Of a DNA stretch of 64,000 nucleotides, positions 1 through 13,543 are shown piece by piece. The DNA lies in assembly GCA_024704765.1 (NCBI GenBank), contig JAKMXF010000315.1, positions 62,001-126,000 on the forward strand. The letters run 5' to 3'. Origin of the DNA: Oopsacas minuta. Lineage: Eukaryota; Animalia; Porifera. A program made the translations under genes and the position numbers. Below the pieces are notes generated by a model, which saw only the letters and a program-made list of their open reading frames with translations, made no database searches and was not told the origin of the DNA. Every line of letters starts with the position of its first letter. The first letter of the stretch is position 1.

Positions 1-128
1 GCGAACTTAGAGAAATATTAAATGAATGCTGCCGAGAATATATTGGCATATATTCTGTGACTTGTAAGAAATTGGAAGCAAGAGGTGTAAGAGAAGGAGG
101 AAAATTCAGCCGAGATTACCCTCACGCG

Positions 129-960
129 CAGTGGCGTACCAAGGTGACGTTCCGCCCCGGGTGCCAGTCAAAGAGGGGTGCCAAATTTGACTGAGAGAGA
201 TACATTATACTATATAATTTAGAGATTCAAGATGTTATAATTGCGTTCCTGTACATACCCGATAAACGATAATACGTTTATCAAACAAAATATATTCATC
301 ATGCCAAAATTATAACATTCAAAACATATGTTGTAAACAAAGATCCCACATACAGGGTGGGCCAAAAAACGGCCCTAACAATTAGCTTCGAATGTGCATC
401 ATATTTAAGAGAGATTAACAAAACGTTATAGTTATAGAGCTAAAATGGCGTACAAGACGAATACAAGCTATTATTATCGTAGGTTGAAAGTTTACGAAGA
501 TTAGAGCTTATGTTCGAGATGAGCACCATACAAATCTTTTCATTTTTGGATTTTTAGAACAAAATTCCCATTACATTCTTCAGAACTCTTTCTCCCGGGA
601 TGACTTGCACGGTTTTCGGACCTACTATTTAGGTCTTTAACAGTTTTCTCAGTCTGAAATTTCCTAATCCAACCCTGAATTTCCGATTTCCAGGGCACAT
701 TTTGACATCGAATATAGCAAATCTTTTCTGTAATTACCTTGAAGTTCGGCGTTCAAAAATTCTCTGAACCCGCTAATACTTCTACTGATTACTGAATAGA
801 ATAAATAGATTATTATTGCATTATCTGACTAATAGTTTCAAGTTGGCCTGGAATGTGCACGGGGTCCGTTTTTGGCCCACTGGGCATATGTATAATATAC
901 TTAGCGATATATTGCATAAAAATATAGAAAAAAGGAGGTGCCAACTTCAAATTTAGGGCA
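129..960. mobile_element. probable hAT-type MITE remnant
   Basis: Left terminus CAGTGGCGTACC resembles other hAT ends in the window. A gggtgccaa motif recurs near 178 and 936. No intact right TIR found. Confidence 0.35.
353..886 (-). mobile_element. Tc1/mariner deletion derivative
   Basis: TA|CAGGGTGGGCCAAAAAACGG pairs with CCGTTTTTGGCCCACTGG. The minus strand carries a Tc1-like C-terminus GAHLEHKL*. Confidence 0.6.
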
Positions 961-1390
961 GATTCCGAACAGTTTGGTCATGGGACAGATTACCGTAATA
1001 TCGTTGTACAGAATCAGGCGACTCCTAATGGACATGTCTAATGTACCAAATGTACTGTCTACTGTGCTTTTAATACTTCATTTTTGGACTTTTCTCGGGA
1101 TACCACGAGACGTTAATCCGACCCTGCATTTTGCCACAATATACTGTGAAATAGTTTGGGGATTCCTTTGCCTATCTTATGATACACATTTTTGATTTAA
1201 GGAGCTTATAGCGTTCTCATCAACCAGTGAATTCCGTAAAACTCTCCTATCCTCCCCAAATATGTATCCTGCTTTGCGCTTCTCTGCGCCAATCTGAGAA
1301 ATACTTTACCTGAAGAACTGACGATAAGATTGTGCCATGGAGAAGTTTGGGAACATAGAAATAGATTGATTACAACAAAGATATAATTTT

Positions 1391-3036
1391 GGTAAACGAA
1401 ATTTATGTCTCAGGAAATTTAGCCTCTTTGAATTTTCGTATCCTGAACTTTCCTAAATTGTGTAATTTCGTAAAATTTCTCGTTTATTGCAAGTTTCAAT
1501 TAGTACAAATATGTGCCAAATATATGAATATTAGAAGTAAAGTGTATATTAAGATATATTAAAGAGAATAGATGAAAGTATATTTAAGAGTAGAGATGAA
1601 GATATATTCAAAGCCAAAGTTATGTCCTATTCTCTTAAGATAGGTAATGGTATCCCAATTTGCGTAGTTTGAATCAAATGTTCGTATATGTTTATTACGT
1701 CCATTGATCTTTTACTAACTAATTTCCTCTAGCCAGCCACCTACTCCACTAATGTTGTTTCCTGAATGGACTGCTCTCTCTGTAATACAACCCTCGACAA
1801 CATTATTAGTGCGAGCTAGTTCTCCTTGCACCCTTTCATACATATTCCAAATTCTGATAGGGAATTGATTCAGTGCCCTTGCATAATAACATTGAAACAA
1901 TCAACAACGTCTTGTTCCGGAACAAATGCAAGGCTTGGTACATCTTTAAACTCACACAAAATTCAATATCTGACTGGGACTGCACTGTTAATCCTTCAGA
2001 TTGTATCTTTTGGTATATATTTTGGGAAAGGTCAAAGAAACATCCTGAAATCACAGCGAGGAAATGTTAATCGAAACAACTTATTACCGCCTTCTCAAAA
2101 AAACATCTAAATGTCGAGCCAGCGTACCATGTGTCGGATTTTCGAGAAGTGAGAGAAATTAGGTTGTAGAACAAACGGTCATTCGTTTATTGTCCTCATA
2201 ACCGTAATCATATAGCACAAAATGTTCTTGTTTAAGGGTAATTTCGTATTTGGGATCAAAATTTCGATGGCACATGCTGGGTAACCACAACTTACTTGAG
2301 AAACTGTTTTGTAATTCCGAATAGTTCTTTTATCAGAGTCTAAGTTGGGGAGCTTTGATATACTTGATGAGGCCATTTGTTCATTCCCAATAGATACTAT
2401 AGCTCTAGAACTCTCTTCAGAATTGATAGATCGCTATTTTGCATAATTATACCTTTTGAGCATCACAATACCTCCGGGATCTGATCCATGAGTTGTCCGT
2501 ATTCATTTTCATGAATAAATGTTGGTTTTATCACTAAATTAACTCTTGCGTGGATCCGGACTTGACAAATCCTCGTTTTTCACAGGCCCACTGCTTAATA
2601 TCATCCACTGACCTAACCAAAGTATGAGCAAATCCTCGGATAGCAGCTTTATGTTTTCCTCGAGTACTCTTAAGCAATTCAATTGAGAGAACTTCAGCCA
2701 TAATAAAGTATGTTACGTTTGAGTCAAAGAAGAAAATTTATATAATTAAGATGTTAATAGTCTCGAATTACTTACACACCACGTTGTGGGTTAGTTTTTG
2801 TATTTTAGTCAAGATTGTGCGGCTGCATATTAAACAAATCAAAAATCATTCGAATGCAACACCTACATATATGATTGTTATCTTAAGAAATATAACATGC
2901 CCGTGAAGAATATCATTTATAATTACTTAAAAAGAAATATTGTGATACAAAAATACCAGGTACGAGATTTCTAAGAGACCATATTTCCGAGACCAAATTT
3001 CCGGATACGATTATCCTGAGACGAAAGTTCCGCCAT
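1391..3036 (-). mobile_element. degenerate Mutator-like (MULE) transposon with tandem-repeat termini
   Basis: Fragments SDTWYAGSTF, GCFFDLSQNIYQKIQSEGL and IWNMYERVQGELARTNNVVEG are typical of MULE transposases. Inverted arrays of gtctcaggaaattt / aaatttcc..gagac-type units lie at both ends. Confidence 0.75.
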
Positions 3037-3479
3037 TCATTTCGTGTACAATATGGTGGAGATCTGTCGTTAGTAATTATTGGGATGTCTATGATCGATA
3101 AGATCTCGTAAGAAAGGTGTACTCTCATGCAAAATGTAGAAGTGGAAACAAAAAATATCAGTGCAAAATAACCATAAATATACCATTTTTTAATAAATTG
3201 TTAATATGTCTAATAATTATTGGTTGCAAACATGCATGTTTACTTAACTATACCTCAAAATATAATTCAAATATGTTGTAATAAATTCGTGTGCGAACAC
3301 ATCCTGGTGAAAAGTAAATAAGTTAGAAAAATTTATGATCACGCTCTATGTTAAACCACTTGTGTGGCTTGCGAAATAGAACACACATGTCTACCTCATC
3401 AATTCGATGCCTGGATATACAACGGGTCCTTATTGATTATTTATTATTTAGAGCTACAATATTATTCTTAGATCCAGTT

Positions 3480-4560
3480 GTAGACTAAATATGTAATTGA
3501 ACTCGAGTACTTGTTCGTCATCTTTTGTAAGAGCAAAATTGAACTCTGTTGCAAGCTTAACGCCAAGTTCAGCACAATCATTGACGGCTCGTACTAGCCG
3601 AACAATTTGCTTGGCTTGTTGTTATTCGCCGGAGCTTTCCAACAAGTCTGGACTGACTGATAAGAAGTCTTGCGGAAGACTCAGAGTCTCAAATATGTTC
3701 ATCGAACAAATGGTAGCAAAGTCTGCTAGCTCTACTGTGCTAACGTACTCACTGATGATGCAGTACCCACATTCGGATACAAATAGTCACTGTGAACAGT
3801 ACAATCCGACAGGTCCCAGCAGTTCGTCTTTAGAAAGCTAGAACTGGTGGCGGAAGGCGAATATTTTGAGACAGTATATGCCCTTCGTCATCCAATGCGA
3901 TTTGTTGTATGCACAAGGTGGCCTAAAACGCAAGATGAAATCTAGATAGTCCTCTCCTAGATTATGTCCCAACATCTGCAAGTGGAGTAATTCAATCACC
4001 ACGCCAAGATGCTCCATAAACCAGGAATGATCATAGTCTGAAATATATATGCGATTCCAGACGCATCGTTGTCGAGAGAATGGAGGCATTTTCATCAATG
4101 AAAAAAGAAAACTCTGTAAATCTTCTAAAAAGTCTGATCTCTGGACCAGAGGAGATGAAGAACATTTCGAAAACTGCTGCTGCTAGTATTGCTAGTAAGT
4201 GATGCCGATAGGCGATGTAGAGTAACCTTCGTTTGAAAGCCTCTTGGACGACAAATATTACGCGTCTGTGAATTCCGTTGTTGCTGGCCGTCTTATCGAA
4301 GCAAAGATCGGGAGGATGGAGAACTACACCCGCATATTTTGGAGCCCATTGTTCCCCATATTTTTTATCTAAATAGAATTTTAATCTTACCATTCGATTT
4401 TGTGCATATTCTGAAATCAATTCGGAACAACTGGCTAAACCAGAAAGATATCAACTGTACATTTTGTTTCTCCGAGCTTTGAAGATTTTTCACTAATCCT
4501 TTCTGTTTCTTTCGAAATAATTCGAGTTTTGTACAATTCTGGTCCTAGGTCTCTGGCAAA
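3480..4560 (-). mobile_element. degenerate divergent hAT-like (hATm-type) transposase
   Basis: Motifs CFDKTASNNG, LYIAYRHHLLAIL, SSGPEIRLFRRF, HWMTKGIYCLKIFAFRHQF and VNDCAELGVKL across frameshifted ORFs. Family label is from memory. Confidence 0.65.
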
Positions 4561-4599
4561 ATTGGCTCCCAGCTAAACAGCAAACGTATGTTGGCCTTC

Positions 4600-5670
4600 G
4601 AGTTTAGAGGGGCAGAATGTCAAAATAGCATTGTGGGTTTTTGATATTTCTACTGCCTCTGTCCTCAAAGTTTGTTCAGAAACTCCTTCCGAGTCTCATT
4701 TGCACACAGCTGAATCTATCACTATTGTTTGTGATGTCTGGAAAATGTTTAATGTGTTACGGCAAGGTATTCGCCTGAATGACAAATTTGTCTCATCCTT
4801 TCGTCTTGAATGACCCAAGATTCAAATATCTGTCAAGAGTTATTGAATCGCTTGATAAATGGAAAAATGTCTCAAAAAACAGGAAAACTTACCACCCAAA
4901 CTTTTAAAAACTTTCTCCATTCTTGTATTGCTATAATTACCATAATTAACCGCCTAATATAGGATTGTGATCTTCTTTATGTTCTCACTTCTTTCTTACA
5001 AAATGATCCACTCGAACAGCATTTTCGTTTATACAGAATGATGTCCGGTGCTCAGTACCATATTAACTATTGTCAAATTCTCGAAAGAGAAAGATCTATC
5101 AAACTATCAAGTATTTTAAAATTATTTTAGTCAGAGTTCAACAGAACAACTTTCCATTGACGAGTTTATTGGCTCTTTTTCTACTCCAACAGAACATCTA
5201 TATTTTCCATCTTTAGATCTTGAGCAGTTCATATCTTCCCTTCATAATTTTTCAGATATTACTGTTACCACACAATCACTTCAAGCACTTGCATTTATTG
5301 CTGGATATACAGTTCATTCAAATTTTAAAAATCAAACCGTTGTCAAACCTGTTTATCATTTCTGACAGAAGATAAAGAAGTGGAAATTGGTGAATCACTC
5401 GACCCAGCTTACACACTCTTACAATAAATTGGTGAAGGTTCACTAAAATCGCCATCTTATTGTGTAATCGAAATTATTGTTTCCCTATGGAAGATTTGTA
5501 AATAGATTGAAGATCACCCTCTACTTTTCATAGATATTGTCAAGGGAATATCTAGGCAGCATATTGTGAAAATTTCGCTAAAAATTATTGAGGAAGAGGA
5601 GGTCAAAGCTGGAGGGATAACTGTTGTATTTGTGACACAGTTGACTGGGATGTCCTAGAAAGGTTAATCC
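4600..5670 (+). mobile_element. P-element/THAP9-like transposase C-terminal relic
   Basis: VLTSFLQNDPLEQHFRLYRMMSGAQYH at about 4981 resembles the P-transposase QDxLExxFxxxR motif. Multiple stops and frameshifts. Confidence 0.7.
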
Positions 5671-5674
5671 CATC

Positions 5675-7293
5675 TAGGGTTTCCAGTCCCGGGAATTCCA
5701 GGATATGTTCTGAAACTGTATTCTGATTAAAATATCACGAGCCATGACTAATGTTTACCAGTTAACGTCTGATACGCTATGAACTTGAATGGCTCCTTTC
5801 TTAACTAATAAGATTTCTCAACCTTACTGTTACTCACTGGTGTCATAATTTCATATGTACCTGAAGTATATGCATTATATAAAACAAAATTAAACCATAC
5901 TATCATATTTCACTTTGTGGCCGAGATTAAAGTCATTTACCAAGATTTCGTTGGAACAAATATATGGGAACATTTTAGGCGATTTACATGTGGTAAATTA
6001 GCACAATGCAAACTATGCAAAAAACACTTAGGTGTGAGGGCAGATCAATGAAATGGTTACACATGCATATAAGATCAATTCATCAAATTGAAGTATTAAA
6101 GCGAAAGATTACGAACGAAACTAACATGAAACTGTCTAAGCAGCCAAATATAAGCGCAGTGAGAACACTTGATTATTACATCAACGATACTAGTCTACCA
6201 GCTATTTTGGCAAGAATGACAGCTTGTGATGGTCCCTCATTCAATGTTTTCACCACTTCACTTGATATAAGAAGATCCATTAGTGCACTTGGTCACTCAA
6301 TACCTAAATCTGTTAGTGGTGTTAGAGATCAAATAGTGAAATATGGACAGCAATTACGCGAAGAGGTAAAGAGATCTATACACATTCCTAAATCAAAAGG
6401 TACATATTTCAGCCTGACTTAGATGAATGGACTTCAGTGCAAATAAAAGATATCTTAATAAAAATATCCAAGGTAATGATTCCTTTTGGAACCTTGGTTT
6501 AATACGGATAAGGGGTAGATTTTCATCTGGAGCATGTTCAAATGTTATCGTGCATAAGCTGAATGAATTTGGAGTGAATTTGGGGAGGATATCGTGGCCA
6601 TCACAAGAGACGGATGTTCGATGATGAAAAGTTGGGGCGATCGATAGCAAGTCTTCACCAGTTGTGCTATGCTCATGGACTACAACTTGTGATACAGAAC
6701 ACATTCTATCAGAAGCATAATGAGGATATTGAAATATTTAGCGATGACAGTGGAACTGATGATGAAGACAATACGACAACATGAGATGGTGATTGTGATG
6801 ATGATTTATCTGATGACGGGTTGGATATTTCAGGGCCACCAGACTCTATAAATGCTCTTGCATTAAATGTGGATATTTTTGATACTGTGAACAAAGTACG
6901 AAGAGTTGTGAAAATATTTGACGTTCGCCTCTTAAGAATGAAACTTTGCAAAAGTATGTCAGAGAAAAATATCCAAATGAACTCAATATGATATTGGATT
7001 ATAAGACTCGTTGGAGTTCACCTGTCAACATGATTGAAAGAATATTACAGATTAAGGTGCCCACACAAAAGCATTGTTAGATCTTAATCAATGTACATAA
7101 TATACAGATGATGAATTTGCGCTGATAACTTCTATAGTAGACGCATTGAACCCTATCAAGATGGCTGTAGAAGCTCTATGCCGGCGAGATACAAATTTAA
7201 TTACAGCTGAAGCAACCATAAAATCTCTACCTGACGATATTTACAAAACCAAATCGCATTTTCATAAACAAATACTGGAATCTATTAATCAAA
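5675..7293 (+). mobile_element. hAT transposon, 3'-truncated copy of 54635-56942
   Basis: Starts TAGGGTTTCCA. BED-finger-like (CKLCKK) and YFSLT.DEWTS relics. About 99.7% identical to 54660-56275 by eye. Confidence 0.88.
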
Positions 7294-7613
7294 AAATGGG
7301 ATAGGTAACTGGGGCAACCAGGCAATAAACAGAGAACTGCAAGTGAGCAAAGTCTAGGGGAGGCTGCGTTGTCTTGCAAGATGGAGCCGTCTGGTTGAGG
7401 GATACTGAAGAAAACATCAATATCTTCATCACGGGAATGTTTCAGGCAGACGTAAATTTTCATAATTTCCTCAATAGGTTCTTTCTGAAGAAATTCTTTC
7501 CATTGAGAAACTATGTGAGGTGGATCATTAGGCATCCTGAAAATGGGTGTATGTGGTTCACCATCATAGTTAAACCTACAACCAGGTGCAGAACATATAC
7601 TTGGCATTGACAA
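7294..7613 (-). pseudogene. THAP zinc-finger domain fragment (probable P-element 5' end)
   Basis: MPSICSAPGC...PIFRMP...QWKEFL...YVCLKH matches the THAP C2CH signature. Truncated at the hAT junction. Confidence 0.75.
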
Positions 7614-7660
7614 AGAAAAGTGTGAGAAAAGTCAAATATGAACAAAAGAAACAATTAAAT

Positions 7661-7725
7661 CAGTGGCGGTCTCAGGGGGGGGGGGGCATTTGCCTCCGTC
7701 AGACAAAATCCTGGGACTGTCGCTG
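7661..7725. mobile_element. 65-bp hAT-type micro-MITE
   Basis: TIRs CAGTGGCGGTCTCAGG / CCTGGGACTGTCGCTG (12/16 match). 8-bp TSD aattaaat / aattaagt. Confidence 0.65.
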
Positions 7726-7982
7726 AATTAAGTGTAGGAAATAGATAGGACAAATATGAATTAGACAAAATGGAAGAGTCATAAGGTGAGAAAAATACAT
7801 TATTGAGGAAATATACTGAAAGAGTATCTATAAAATGATCTAAATCGTGATAAGATTCATTACTAATATTATCGAAAGAATAAATAAAAGCTATGGTTCA
7901 TTAATATAATAGCCTTCCTCTAATCCATGGGCCAAGTTCACAAAGTTGGGGCATAAGCCTTATTTAACGTAAGTCTCGAGTG

Positions 7983-8004
7983 TATATATATATATATATA
8001 TATA
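7983..8004. repeat. (TA)n microsatellite
   Basis: About 11 TA units. Confidence 0.9.
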
Positions 8005-8084
8005 CACATGTTTGTATGCCTAGATATGAGTGAAGAAATTGGAAGCTCCCCAGGTCAGATAATTGGCATATAAGGGTATTTTGG

Positions 8085-8330
8085 GCCTGGTTCGGACAAA
8101 TTCGAATCTTTGACGAAATTATGACGTCATTGTCACCTATCTGGATTTTTGAAAAATCACATTATCAACACTGCTCAGCAAGTATATATGAAATAAGTTT
8201 GAAATTTGAATTACAGGACGCCTCAATGTGCAAATGTCCTGATGTTATGACTTTGAGTAAATACAAACTCACCATAGAATTAATACGTTATCATGACCAT
8301 CTAATAATTATATATTTCTGAAATTTTGAT
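8085..8330. repeat. diverged interspersed repeat, related copy at about 47120-47370
   Basis: Shared blocks ctggttcggacaa and ggattttt/cgaaaaatcacattat in the same order. Confidence 0.5.
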
Positions 8331-8878
8331 ATTTACAAGAATTCCTATTACTCGAGGGACAAAATGCCTGAAATGACATTTCCTACAATAAACCATCGTC
8401 TTTAAACATGGATTTATCTCGAATGTGAAGCAAATCAAACAATTCCATAAAGATAGATAAAATTTTAACCCAAACACTATCTAAATAATCATATAAATGC
8501 GTCTAATTCAGAAGAAAAATGACTATTTACAAGTAGGTAGCCTTCAAAGTTTCCAGTAATACCGAAAAATGTTAAATTCACAAAAATTGGAGTGTTAATT
8601 TAAATTCCTTCAGATTAATAGAACTAACTTCACCTTATTGTTCTTTTGTGGGTTATAAAATTATATAGTTTTTTGGCTTTGGCGTATTTGCGTAATATAG
8701 AATCCATGATATCCTATCAAACATGGTATATATTTCGTCTATAATCGAATATATTTGTTTTACAAATATAAAATGTCAAAATTGATTCTCTATTGAAAAA
8801 TTGCCGTAATTGTCGAATGAGTAATTGACTATGTAAGATGAGTCTGAAAATGTTCCTCCCTATGAGATTAAACTTTAC

Positions 8879-9635
8879 CTGTTTCAGATGCGTATTTAGT
8901 TCTGAGTTGTGCAAAGAGAAATCAGACAAGTTAGGATAGGTTATCTTATTTTCTTCAGAGGCAAAGTACAAGTTTAATTCTTCAAAGTTTCCAAGGCTAA
9001 AGAAACATTGGACGAGCCTCTTTATACAAAACATGTAAACTTTCGTTCCACTATGCCAAGAGTCTGTGCTACCAGGAGTCCTAAAATCCCCACAGATAAC
9101 TGTTCGATAATGCTTTAAAGCGCATTCATAATTTCCTCGTGCCTCGAAAATTGTCCCCTGAAACCAAGTAGCACGATTTAGACAATGTGAAATTCCCAGA
9201 CCCTCAAGTATAAAATATGCCTTTAGAAATATTAGTGCTTCTGCAAGTAAAAATAGATCGCATTTGTTATTCTGATCTTGATATGATTCTAACTGGAAAA
9301 ATCCGCAACGAACTGCCATAGCAGGCAACCCACTAAGTGTCGCCATTTTCATAATTGAAGGATGAATCCGCGAAAACCATTCTTGACAGGTCGAAATATT
9401 TTTATTAAAGAATTTTCTCGAATTTTTGCACGTTGAAGACAAAATGATGCTTCCAAAATATGAATTGTGTACTAATTTTTCTAAATGCTCAAGGAATTGT
9501 AGAAGCAAGATCCCTCGAAGATAAATAGTGTAGTGACGTGGTCCTAAACCCGAACTGTTTGAGCCGGAGTAAACGAATGCATTTTCAGCTTTAACTTCAC
9601 TAGCGGTTGTCAATTCAAAGTCCGATAGATAATTC
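8879..9635 (-). CDS. SMG1: SMG1 exon (most 3' exon recognised)
   Basis: LLLQFLEHLEKLVHNSYFG...TCQEWFSRI...LSGLPAMAVRCGF (cf. LLLQYLENLEKLMYNAYEG...TCQDWLTRI...LAGQPAVTVRHGF). Acceptor ctcttAG matches phase 2; likely donor CAG|GTAAAG. Confidence 0.92.
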
Positions 9636-9745
9636 CTAAGAGAAAATCAGAAAAAAACAATAAAAGATAAGCAAGCAATAGTTAAGGCACATTAAGTTTA
9701 ACAGGTTCGCCCACGAAGGGGTACCAGCAATATTATTCCATGATA

Positions 9746-11049
9746 CGCGGGGCATTCGAAAAGTTTTGACGTTGACCGACATATCAGATAGTAATAATAA
9801 AATTGACTATTACATTTTATCAAAATACTCTCCTTGACATTCTATACATTTTTCATTTTGGTAAACCAATTATCAAAACATTTTTCCACTCTTCTTTGAA
9901 TATGCCTCCGATTGCTTGGAAAGAGTGCCCCCACAAACTCCTCATAGTCGAAAATCTCCTCCCACTTAATTGATCTTTGAGTCTAGGGAACAACCAGAAG
10001 TCTCAAGGGGCTAAATCAGGACTGTAGGGTGGGTGAGGTAACGTTTTGAGTCCAGAATTTTCCAAAAACTCACGAGTTCTGATTGCTGTATGCAATGATG
10101 CATTATCATGATGAAGAAGAATTCCTCTAATGTCTGCCTTCTCCTGCTGTGGCTCAATTGCTATGATGACTTTGGGTAGGCACACTGTGGTGTACCAGTC
10201 GGCAGTGACGGTCTTTCTATCCTTGAGAGCAACAATTTCAACAGACCCAGTAGATCTGAAAATAATCGCCCACATTTGTTTCCCAACAGATCTAGCCCTC
10301 CGCACTTTGGTTGGAGGTGGGGCATCCTCTTCAACTCACTCCTTTGACATTCTCTTTGTTTCTGGATCATAATGGTATATCCATGTCTGATTACTAGTAA
10401 GGATCTCAGAAACAGCTCTTGAACTTCCATTAGCAAACTTTTTGGGCATAATTTTGCCAATGTCTATGCAGGATATTATTGCTGTAAGTTCAAATAATGG
10501 GGGATCCATCGGGCACACAACTTCCTGACACAAAGCTCTTTGTGCAAAATGATATTAATTGTCCCTAATGATACTCAGTTTCATACTCTAACTGAGCGTA
10601 CGCAATATGAGGATCTTTAGTAATTAGATCTAGCATTTCGTTAACATTTTCTTCATTATATGAAATATTCGGTTTTCCTGAACGAGGGGCATCTTCAAGA
10701 ACAAAGCTTCCGTCAATAAATTCCCTATACCATCGTTCAACTGTACTTAGAGAAGGAACTAGATTCGGGAAATGTTCCTGGAAAGATTCATAGATTTCTA
10801 CTCTTGTCTTCTGTAGTTGAATAAGTTTATAATCATTGCTCGAAAATCACGTTTTGTAAGATATGATTTAGATTGAGATATTTTAGAAGCCATGTATACT
10901 ATAATTATCTAATTTATGAAAGTAGAAGAGATAAATGAATGAAAGTTTCAAAGTAGACTAATAAAATATGTCTGAAAGATGGATACGGAAAAATATCAGA
11001 CAGATTAATGGTCTCATATCAAACGGCAAAACCTTTCGAATGCCTTTCG
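9746..11049 (-). mobile_element. mariner element, defective transposase
   Basis: TA flanks, about 23-bp TIRs (CG.GGGGCATTCGAAAAGTTTTG), motifs LHHDNA and HPPYSPDLAP. Second copy at 29533-30835. Confidence 0.95.
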
Positions 11050-11910
11050 TATTTAATGCCAATAAAACTAATGGTTTATGGAGCGAATATGAGTTGAATG
11101 TCTCTGTAGTTTAGAAGCCCATGTATGAATCAAACCACAACAACCAATAAAATCATCTCATAGGATTTGCATTATAATATGTTCCATAAAATACTAGACT
11201 CCCGGTTAAAAAGGAACTCTGACCAGATACTTCTGGAAAGGGCAAATAAACCAATTGGAATCTGATCGAACTTCATTTGATCTTGCTGAGACAATAGCTT
11301 AAGGGAAATTATTGTAATACTAATCCAATGAGAAGTATTGGGACGGATGGTTGGTTCATAATAAGAGAATATTCAGAAAGCGAAAGTAACTGAGAAAACA
11401 TGAAATTAGAGAAAAATGCGACTTTTCTAGAGAGAAAGAGAGGAGTTTCATAGAAATAATTTACTAGATACAATTTCATCCAACATCTGGAAGTATTTGC
11501 TATATAATGCATACATGTCTGACCAAAGTATATACACATAGAAAAAATGATACTTAATTTGTACAGTCAGAGTCGCTTTTCTGACACTTTATTGGGACCA
11601 AAATCTCATTAATATATGATAAAGAGACTTCACATGAATCAAGGTTTTCTTACAATGTAAATTTGACTTTTGTTTCTTTATCAACAATTATTTACGTATT
11701 TGTGTATGTGTAAAATTGTTAAAACCATCTATAATTGTCATGCCTACAGTATCTTTTCACTAGCGTCACTAGCCTGCTACTCTCAGTAGCAAACCAAAGC
11801 TATGTGCAAAAGAACATTCACTTGAATAACAAAATTATAAGAACTTCAGAGACACAATCCCAAAAAGAACAAGAGATTTCTACTTCACTAAAAGGTACGA
11901 CAATTTAATA

Positions 11911-12636
11911 CCCTAACTAACAGAACGGTTCAGATTGGAGAAGTATACACAAAAGTTGTCACGAAAACTTTGGCCCTGGCATTATATACCAACTTCACGC
12001 CTTGTTTAGACGCCAAATAGGCTTCTATTCCGAGAGGAAGATTTTAAAGTGACGGTCCCAAATATCTGGCATAAGATGGTAATATTCATGATAATAAACA
12101 CAACGGAGCTTTTGGCCTTTGTCTAGTTCGTACATAGCTCGTACCTAATCTACGCGCTGACATTGTTGTTATTTAAGCTGTAAATTTGAGTTTAGCTTCT
12201 TTCTCAACTATTTCACTAAAATCTGTAAATTGGATATGGTTGTTATCATCTGTAAACATAATTATTATTAAACTAATTTGTTCCACCCATCCCAGGGGCA
12301 CAAACACAATTATTTCATAAGGAATAAATGATTGATTACAATGTTACAATTAATCACCATGTATTGTTTACCAAATAGTAAAAATATCAACTACTTCAGT
12401 GCGTAGATTAAGTACGAGCTGTGTACGAGCTGAACTAAGGTCAAAAGCTCCGTTTTGTATATCATCATGAACATTACCATATTATGCCAGATATGAGGGA
12501 CGTCACAGGAAATCTTTCATGTCGGGATAGAGGTCAACTGGTGTCTAAAGAAGGCGCGAATTTGGAATATCAGGCCAGGGCCAAAGTTTTGGTGACAGCC
12601 TATTGTCTTCAAGCAGAACTGTTCCTTTAGTTGGGC
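11911..12636. mobile_element. foldback/MITE with long imperfect TIRs
   Basis: 11911-12165 is the reverse complement of about 12396-12636 (e.g. gtacgagct and acggagctttt blocks). TA flanks. Confidence 0.75.
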
Positions 12637-13543
12637 TATAAAATTGTCCGTGCCTTTAGTGAAATGGAGAAGTCTTTGTTCTTTTTGTGATTGTGCCTTT
12701 GAAATTCTTGAAATTTTGTCATTCAAGTGAATATTCTTTGCGACATAGTTGTGGTTCTGCTACTGAGAGAAACAAGCTAGTGACGCAAGTGAAAAGATAA
12801 TTGTAGAAATAACACTTATAAAAGGTTTTAACAATGTTACATATAAACAAAGTTCGTAATATTGTTTGTAAGAAACAAAAGTTAAATCCACACTGTAAAC
12901 AAGAATAATACCCAGCGGGTACACAATTTACACGCTGGGTACGGGGCCAACCACGCACTGAGTACTTATTAATGTATCTCGAATTATATACTCATACATT
13001 TACCTTCGATTGGAATTGATCGTTGGTGAATACTGAACATATCTTGGCTGTTACAAATACCTTAGGACGGAATTTCTAATACAAATCACAAATTTTACAC
13101 AATATAATCTTGTTTAGGAAATATATATTAATAGGTGCTAAAATAATATATTGTCAAACTAAAAATATTATATATACAATGTTGTTATCTAATCACCCTA
13201 ATCTATTTATAATACTGCTCTTTGATAAATTGTGATGTCAGGTAATTTCATATTCAAAGAATGTAACTACATGTCTACTTCCCTATGTGCTCAAGTCACC
13301 TACCGTGGCTCATGAATGTGTCTGTGATTGTCAACACACTTACGTCATATGTGGGCACCTTCAGAGCATTAGTGTATTCTATGTTAAATGTCGCACCATG
13401 GTTCGATACATATCCTACATTATTCCGGGAACTCCGTCATCTAACTGTCATAGACTATAGGCGGCATGGAAATTCATCTATTAAATATATTTACGGACAA
13501 TGGGATAGATCAAATGTTTGGAAATGACAAAAAATAGAATCAC

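Noticed and set aside
1-110. Open minus-strand frame as the next SMG1 exon
   Set aside because: No acceptor in frame and no recognisable similarity.
3497-3841. Short ORFs such as this one, 32051-32416, 52377-52601 and 58334-58578 as genes
   Set aside because: They are antisense shadows of transposase reading frames.
7227-7613. Domesticated THAP gene
   Set aside because: Truncated at a TE junction, the conserved Phe after CxxH is lost, and the C-terminal codons are antisense hAT sequence.
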